Assembly: GCA_027622315.1 (NCBI GenBank)
Contig: JAQBZW010000003.1
Coordinates: forward strand, 1-41,774
DNA: 41,774 nucleotides
DNA from: Chloroflexota bacterium
GTDB taxonomy: Bacteria > Chloroflexota > Dehalococcoidia > UBA2979
Reading direction: 5' to 3'
Part shown: positions 36,772 to 41,774 of the stretch, in pieces
Layout of the letters: each line of letters opens with the position of its first letter
Numbering within the stretch: the first letter of the stretch is position 1
Program-made: the position numbers and the translations under genes
Notes under the pieces: model-generated
What the model was told of the DNA's origin: nothing
Database searches by the model: none
Seen by the model: only the letters and a program-made list of their open reading frames with translations

Positions 36772-37246
36772 GCGAGACGGACTGCTGGGCGATCTCTACA
36801 AGGAGATCCTGCTCGACCACTACCGCAACCCGCGGAACAAGGGCACGCTGGAGACGTTCACGTGCGCGGCGGACGGTTCGAACCCGCTGTGCGGAGACCA
36901 GATTCGCCTCGAGGTCGAAGTCGACGACGAGACGATCGACGCGCTGCGCTTCAGCGGCGTGGGCTGCTCGATCTCGCAGGCGTCCGCTTCGATGATGACC
37001 GAATACGTTGTCGGCAAGACTGTGCCGGAGGCCGAGCGCGCGATCGACGACTTCCAGCGCTTGATGATCGAGGGCGAGGCGCCCGTAGACGACTTCGGCG
37101 ACATCGAGGCGCTGGCCGGCGTCGCGAAGTTCCCGGCGCGCGTGAAATGCGCCTCGCTCGCGTGGAAGACGTTGCGGCAGGCGATTGAACACCCGGAAGC
37201 CGCGGAGCCGGTGACCACAGATGACAGGAGTGCGAATCATGGCTGA
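36764..37246 (+). CDS. sufU: SUF system sulfur-transfer protein SufU
   Basis: LYKEILLDHYRNPRN, NPLCGD, GCSISQASAS, RVKCASL. Confidence 0.94.
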   Translation: MPERDGLLGDLYKEILLDHYRNPRNKGTLETFTCAADGSNPLCGDQIRLEVEVDDETIDALRFSGVGCSISQASASMMTEYVVGKTVPEAERAIDDFQRLMIEGEAPVDDFGDIEALAGVAKFPARVKCASLAWKTLRQAIEHPEAAEPVTTDDRSANHG

Positions 37247-37562
37247 GGCGACGACGCGACCGACGCTCGACGAGATCAACGAGGTGCTGCGCACGGTCGA
37301 GGACCCCGAACTGCGGATGCCGATCATGGATCTCGGCCTCGTCTACGGGGTGGAGATCGACGATCAGGGCATGGTCACCGTGGACATGACGTTGACCTCA
37401 CCGGCCTGTCCAGTGGGCCCGATGCTGCAGGGCATGATCTACCACAAGGTCTCGCAGCTCGAGGGCGTCGAAGACGTCGAGGTCAACTTGATCTGGAACC
37501 CGCCGTGGGATCCGAAAACGATGGCATCCGAAGACGTGAAGATGGCGCTCGGCATCTGGTAG
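37239..37562 (+). CDS. sufT: DUF59 Fe-S maturation protein SufT
   Basis: DPEL...I.DLGLVY, MTLTSPACP, WNPPW; AGGAG RBS. Confidence 0.9.
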   Translation: MAEATTRPTLDEINEVLRTVEDPELRMPIMDLGLVYGVEIDDQGMVTVDMTLTSPACPVGPMLQGMIYHKVSQLEGVEDVEVNLIWNPPWDPKTMASEDVKMALGIW

Positions 37563-37592
37563 CCAGATTCCAACCACCTGGATTGCACCGAT

Positions 37593-37615
37593 GCGGCCGC
37601 CCACGAGGCGGCCGC
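37593..37615. terminator. GC-rich hairpin between convergent genes (possible terminator, no U tract)
   Basis: GCGGCCGCC-cacga-GGCGGCCGC, 30 nt after the sufT stop. Confidence 0.45.
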
Positions 37616-37632
37616 CCCGTGTCCGCCGGCGG

Positions 37633-38238
37633 CTAACGCCGGTAGCCGGCGAGCCCCTCGAGCGGACCCGACGGCAGGCCGCGATAGCGGAGCTCGGTGG
37701 CCGACGAACAATCAGTCGCCGAGTCCGTGAAGCACGGCCCGAGCTGGACCTGCTCGATTGGCACGATCACAGAGCCCTGGTAGATGCGCGCGTCGAAACG
37801 GTCCAGCCCGCGATTGGGCGTCCCCACGAGCGGCAGTCCCTCCAGGTCGTAGAGCACGCCGCTACAGCGGTCGATGAACACGCTCTGTGCGACGCCGTTG
37901 GCGGTGACGATCTCCCACTGCACCTGGCAGCCGCTCGAGGGGTCGCGCGAGAGGAAGGCCCGTGCGCCGTCACCCCCGGGCAGGAAGATCACCCAGGCGC
38001 CGAAGGTCAGACCTGACGGGTCGGCGCCCCACGGCGAGACCGCGAGCAGTCGCGGCTTCCCGAGTTCGAGCTCGTCGAGCGGTACCGTGAGTTCGCGATC
38101 GGGCACGCTGCCCGCGAGCGTGGCGACACAGGCGCCCACGACCACGACGGCGGCCAGCACAACGGCGCCCGCCGCGAGCAGGCGCGGCCAGACGTTGCGC
38201 GGTCGAGTCGGGTCGGGCGTGTCATCGAGTGCTTGCAC
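37633..38238 (-). CDS. Membrane-anchored Rieske-fold protein lacking cluster ligands
   Basis: N-terminal TM; AFLSRDPSSGCQVQW and FIDRCSGVLYDLEG...GTPNRGLDRF align with Rieske boxes CxHxGC and CxCHG...GPxPRxL; TACGAT 6 nt before the GTG start. Confidence 0.7.
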   Translation of the reverse strand: MQALDDTPDPTRPRNVWPRLLAAGAVVLAAVVVVGACVATLAGSVPDRELTVPLDELELGKPRLLAVSPWGADPSGLTFGAWVIFLPGGDGARAFLSRDPSSGCQVQWEIVTANGVAQSVFIDRCSGVLYDLEGLPLVGTPNRGLDRFDARIYQGSVIVPIEQVQLGPCFTDSATDCSSATELRYRGLPSGPLEGLAGYRR

Positions 38239-38369
38239 GAGCGAATCGTAGGCGTGCACGCCGGTCAGGCGCACCCGGCCTGCGCTTCCGCGTTCGCTCA
38301 CGCTGGCATCCGAGCGTGGCGCGCCCGTAGGATCGACGCCCGCCCCGGCCCGCAACGGAACGACAAGAG

Positions 38370-40022
38370 ATGGCGCACCGCCCGGTGTCCCGGAGATACA
38401 GCCGCCGTGCGCTCTTGCGTTTCGGCGCCACCGCCGCCGTCGGCGTCGCGGTTGCCGCTGCCTGTGGCTCGGATTCGTCCGCAACGGACAGCGGCAACCG
38501 CGATGACCTCGCGCGCACGCTGCGCATCCGTGGCCGGCCGGGCGCCCCGGCGGGCGCCCCGGCAGGCATCCTCCGGATGGGCGCACTGGCCGCGAGCGAG
38601 TCCGCGGAGAGCGGGTTCACGAACGAGACGCAGCTGCTCGCGTACTCGCGGCTGGTCGCGACTGACCCGCGTGACGGCTCCGTGCAGGGCGATCTCGCGA
38701 CCGCCATCGAGGTGATCGACCCGCTCACGGTGCGCTTCTCGCTTGCGCGTGACGCGCGCTTTCACGCCGGCGAGTCCGGGCTCGCCCAGTCGGTTACCGG
38801 ACAGGCGATCCGGCAGGACTTCGCACGCCGTGCGAGCGAGGACGCCTACCTCTTCACGCGGGTGGTCGATCGGATCGAGGCGGAGGGCGACTCGCTGACG
38901 CTCCACCTTCGCGGGCCGTTCGGCTTGCTGTTCGAGTTGCTCGGCGCTCCGGAGGCATCGGTGCGTTCCGTGGATGTCTACCGGGACTTCGCGGCGCCGC
39001 TGGGCAGCGGCGCCTTCATTCCCTCGCAACGAGACGGCGACCAACTCCTGCTCGCGCGGCACCCGCTGTACCACCAGCCGAACTATCCGCGGCTCGAGGG
39101 CGTGACCGTGACGCGCTTTGCCAGCGAACGGGATTGGGCCGCCAGCTTCGCGGCGGACGAGCTCGACGTGTGGACCCGTACCGGCTCGCCCGTACCTGAT
39201 GCGCCTACGCGAGCCGATGTCTCCCGTGCCGTTCGTCCGGCGACGCGGCAACGCGGGCTGGGGCTCTCGCTACTGCCGCATCGGGGTGGCGCGGTAGTGC
39301 GCAACATCGAGGCGTTCCAGGATCAGCGTGTACGGCGAGCGTTGGCGTTGGCGCTTGACCGGCCGGCGCTGCTGGCGCTGGACTCCGCGGTCACGAGCGG
39401 ACCGGTAGGGTCCGCGCACCTGGCGGATGCGCTCCCGCCAGACGAGATCGCCGAACACGAGCTCTACCAGCTGAATATCGGGGAGGCGCGCTCGCTGCTG
39501 CGGGCGGCCGGGCACGACGGGCTGAGCTTTCGGCTGCACGTGCCGGACTTCGAGCCGCTCCGCGCCTACGGGCAGCTGATCGCCGAGCAGTTGACGGCGG
39601 CGGGGTTCGAGCCGCGCCCGCAGGTCATGGATTTCAAGGGATGGCAGACGGCCTTCGGCGCCGGCGACTTCGAGGTGGTCGTGTTTGAGATCGGCGGAAT
39701 GACGACACCAGACGTGGGGCTACGTATGCACACGGCGAGTGGAGTCGACGGCCGTTTCTCGCTGTGGGGTTACTCGAATCCGGTGTACGACGCCGCGGTG
39801 CGCGATGCTCTCATCGCGCTGAATCCGGCCGAGCGAGCGCGGCGCTCGCGCGCCGCCCAGCGCTTGCTGCTCGATGACGTGCCGGCGATGTTCCCGATCG
39901 CGGCCCCGACCGACGCGGCCGCGCTTGCGACCAACGTGCTCGGCTTCGCCTTCGGCGCGTACGACTTCAACGCCGGCTGGCTCTCAGCCGCGTGGGAGCT
40001 CCGGGACGCGACCGGAGGGTAG
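38370..40022 (+). CDS. ABC transporter substrate-binding protein, family 5 (Tat-exported lipoprotein)
   Basis: SRRALLR twin-arginine plus AAAC lipobox; GDLAT, FSL..DARFH, GSGAF, FQDQRVRRALALALDR, YSNPVYD. Confidence 0.88.
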   Translation: MAHRPVSRRYSRRALLRFGATAAVGVAVAAACGSDSSATDSGNRDDLARTLRIRGRPGAPAGAPAGILRMGALAASESAESGFTNETQLLAYSRLVATDPRDGSVQGDLATAIEVIDPLTVRFSLARDARFHAGESGLAQSVTGQAIRQDFARRASEDAYLFTRVVDRIEAEGDSLTLHLRGPFGLLFELLGAPEASVRSVDVYRDFAAPLGSGAFIPSQRDGDQLLLARHPLYHQPNYPRLEGVTVTRFASERDWAASFAADELDVWTRTGSPVPDAPTRADVSRAVRPATRQRGLGLSLLPHRGGAVVRNIEAFQDQRVRRALALALDRPALLALDSAVTSGPVGSAHLADALPPDEIAEHELYQLNIGEARSLLRAAGHDGLSFRLHVPDFEPLRAYGQLIAEQLTAAGFEPRPQVMDFKGWQTAFGAGDFEVVVFEIGGMTTPDVGLRMHTASGVDGRFSLWGYSNPVYDAAVRDALIALNPAERARRSRAAQRLLLDDVPAMFPIAAPTDAAALATNVLGFAFGAYDFNAGWLSAAWELRDATGG

Positions 40023-40081
40023 GGCGCTGCGAGCGGCGGCATGGCAAGGTTGAACGAGACGCAGCGCGTGGGCCACGGCCC

Positions 40082-41440
40082 TCAGTCGGCGGCGCGCGCG
40101 GGCGTGCCCGCGCGGTAGGAATCGTCCAGCAGCTCGAGCACGTAGCGGACCGCGGCGTCGCCGCCGCTGCGGCGCACGCCGGCCTGGAGCTGGAGCGTGC
40201 AGCCGGGATTGGCGGTGCAGATCACGTTCGCGCCCGTGGCAGCCACGTCGCGCATCTTCGCCTCGAGCACGGTGGCCGACATCTCGGACTGCACGGCCGA
40301 GTAGAGGCCGGCCGAGCCGCAGCAGCGGTCGGGTGTTTCCATCTCACGCAGGCGCAGGCCCGGGATGGCACGCAGGATCGTGCGCGGCGCTTCGCGGATG
40401 CGTTGTGCGTGCGCGAGGTGGCAGGCGTCCTGGATCGTGACGTCGCCGTCGACCGCGCCGAGACCGTGCGCGAAGTCGCGCGAGGCGACGAACTCGAGGG
40501 CGTCGCGAACAGACGCAGCGAAGCGTTCGGCCCGCTCGGCCCAGGTGGGGTCGTTGCGCAGCAGCCGGCCGTATTCCTTCATGGCGGCGCCGCAGCCCGC
40601 GGCGTTCACGATCACGGCGTCCACAGCGGCGTCCTCGAACGCCACGATGTTGCGGCGCGCGAGCACACGCGCTGCCTCGGCGTCACCCGCGTGCGAGTGC
40701 AGGGCGCCGCAGCAGACCTGCGCCGGCGGTGCCACCACCTCACAACCCGTGCGCGCGAGCACGCGCACCGTCGCCTCGTGCATCTGTGGGAAGAGCTCGC
40801 CGTGCACACAGCCGGTGAGCAGTGCGACGCGTGCGCTCGCGCTCGGGGGCGAGGCCAGCGTGCCGCTACGGCGGAAGGGCCGGCGGTCGAGCACCGGCGC
40901 GCTCGACTCCAGCCGTCGCAGGCCGGCCGGGAGCACGCGCGCGGCAAAGCCGCTGCCCCGCACGAGCGACTGCAGGCCGGTGCGCGTGTACATCCGGCCG
41001 AAGAGGAGCGCCGCGCGGAGCACGCGCGGCTTCGCCACGACGTGACGGAGCACGAGCGAGCGCAATCGCCACGAGCGCGGCTGCCGGCGCGCCGGGTTCG
41101 CCATGATCGCGGCCCGCGCGTCCTCCATGATCCGCCCGTACGGCACCGCGGACGGGCACGCCGTCTCGCACGCGCGGCACTGCAGGCAGAGGTCGAGATG
41201 GCCGAGCAGGCGGTCCGTGACGGCCGTGCGGCCGGTCACCACGGAGTTGATCAGGTGCAGCCGGCCACGTGGCGACTCCAGCTCCTGGCCGGTCGCGATG
41301 TAGGTCGGACAGGCGGGGAGGCAGAAGCCGCAGTGGATGCAGTTGGCGAGATCGGCGAGCGCCGGGATGTCTGCGCCGACGAAGCGCAGCTCGGCGCCGC
41401 TCTCCGGGGCGTGGACGTCTGAGGCGTGCGGGATCGTCAC
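40082..41440 (-). CDS. glcF: Glycolate oxidase Fe-S subunit GlcF
   Basis: CIHCGFCLPACP, SPRGR, CLQCRACETACP, two CCG domains, NPGC. Confidence 0.88.
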   Translation of the reverse strand: MTIPHASDVHAPESGAELRFVGADIPALADLANCIHCGFCLPACPTYIATGQELESPRGRLHLINSVVTGRTAVTDRLLGHLDLCLQCRACETACPSAVPYGRIMEDARAAIMANPARRQPRSWRLRSLVLRHVVAKPRVLRAALLFGRMYTRTGLQSLVRGSGFAARVLPAGLRRLESSAPVLDRRPFRRSGTLASPPSASARVALLTGCVHGELFPQMHEATVRVLARTGCEVVAPPAQVCCGALHSHAGDAEAARVLARRNIVAFEDAAVDAVIVNAAGCGAAMKEYGRLLRNDPTWAERAERFAASVRDALEFVASRDFAHGLGAVDGDVTIQDACHLAHAQRIREAPRTILRAIPGLRLREMETPDRCCGSAGLYSAVQSEMSATVLEAKMRDVAATGANVICTANPGCTLQLQAGVRRSGGDAAVRYVLELLDDSYRAGTPARAAD

Positions 41441-41774
41441 AGCCCCGCCATCCAGCGGCCGCGGTTGATCGTGTGGCGCGGGTCGAGCTGATCACGCAGG
41501 CGCTCGATCAGCTCGCGTTCGCCCAGGCTGAACGGGTCAACCCGTCGCCGCAGCTCGGCGGAGCCGGCTTCGATCTGGAGGAACCCGCCCCGCTCTTCTA
41601 CGCGCGCCCGCAGGGCCGTGAGCGCGCCGGCCTCGAGGCCGGCGGCCGCGTGACCGAGCACCGTGCCCGTGCCGAGATAACCCCACGACAGGCAGCCGGC
41701 GGCGCGCGCCGCTTCGAGCATCTCCGCGAGCGCGGTCGGCGGCGCGCCCATGCGCACGACGGTGGCGTCCTCGT
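41437..41774 (-). CDS. glcE: FAD-binding oxidoreductase GlcE-like, C-terminal part (5-prime truncated by window)
   Basis: Frame open to the window edge; C-terminal LRDQLDPRHTINRGR; GTGA overlap with glcF. Confidence 0.7.
   Translation of the reverse strand, partial: EDATVVRMGAPPTALAEMLEAARAAGCLSWGYLGTGTVLGHAAAGLEAGALTALRARVEERGGFLQIEAGSAELRRRVDPFSLGERELIERLRDQLDPRHTINRGRWMAGL

Noticed and set aside
30908-37562. suf operon as a novel system
   Set aside because: Gene set and order match the well-known SufR-SufCBD-ferredoxin-SufSU-SufT arrangement; no intein-sized insertion in SufB

Overview
High-GC (roughly 70% by eye) bacterial chromosomal segment of about 46 tightly packed genes. The gene content and style (Tat-lipoprotein family-5 solute-binding protein, LLM oxidoreductase, MaoC pairs, SufR-led suf operon, split methylmalonyl-CoA mutase) suggest Chloroflexota (Dehalococcoidia-like) or Actinomycetota; the taxonomy is inference only. 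Most content is housekeeping: a complete sufR-sufCBD-Rieske ferredoxin-sufS-sufU-sufT operon, a YitJ-type homocysteine methyltransferase/MTHFR, ald, sppA, a PhaB/FabG-like reductase, a methylmalonyl-CoA mutase large subunit, glcEF, and an ECF sigma/anti-sigma pair. I found no CRISPR array, tRNA, rRNA, transposase or integrase. Five features stand out. (1) A membrane-anchored Rieske-fold protein next to the suf operon has all four [2Fe-2S] ligands replaced (Cys to Asp, His to Ser) but keeps the disulfide cysteines. (2) There are two unrelated REP/REPIN-like palindromic elements: a mosaic at 22.8-23.4 kb and a perfect 41-bp inverted repeat at 30.6-30.75 kb. (3) A stand-alone formyltransferase resembling the ALDH1L1 N-terminal domain is translationally coupled to alanine dehydrogenase and followed by an MFS transporter. 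(4) Several proteins look like pseudo-enzymes or orphan subunits. (5) Leaderless genes preceded by TACGAT-type -10 boxes recur through the window. All family assignments come from motif recognition by eye; no database searches were run. Starts were adjusted from the ORF track where an RBS, promoter or gene overlap supported a different codon.
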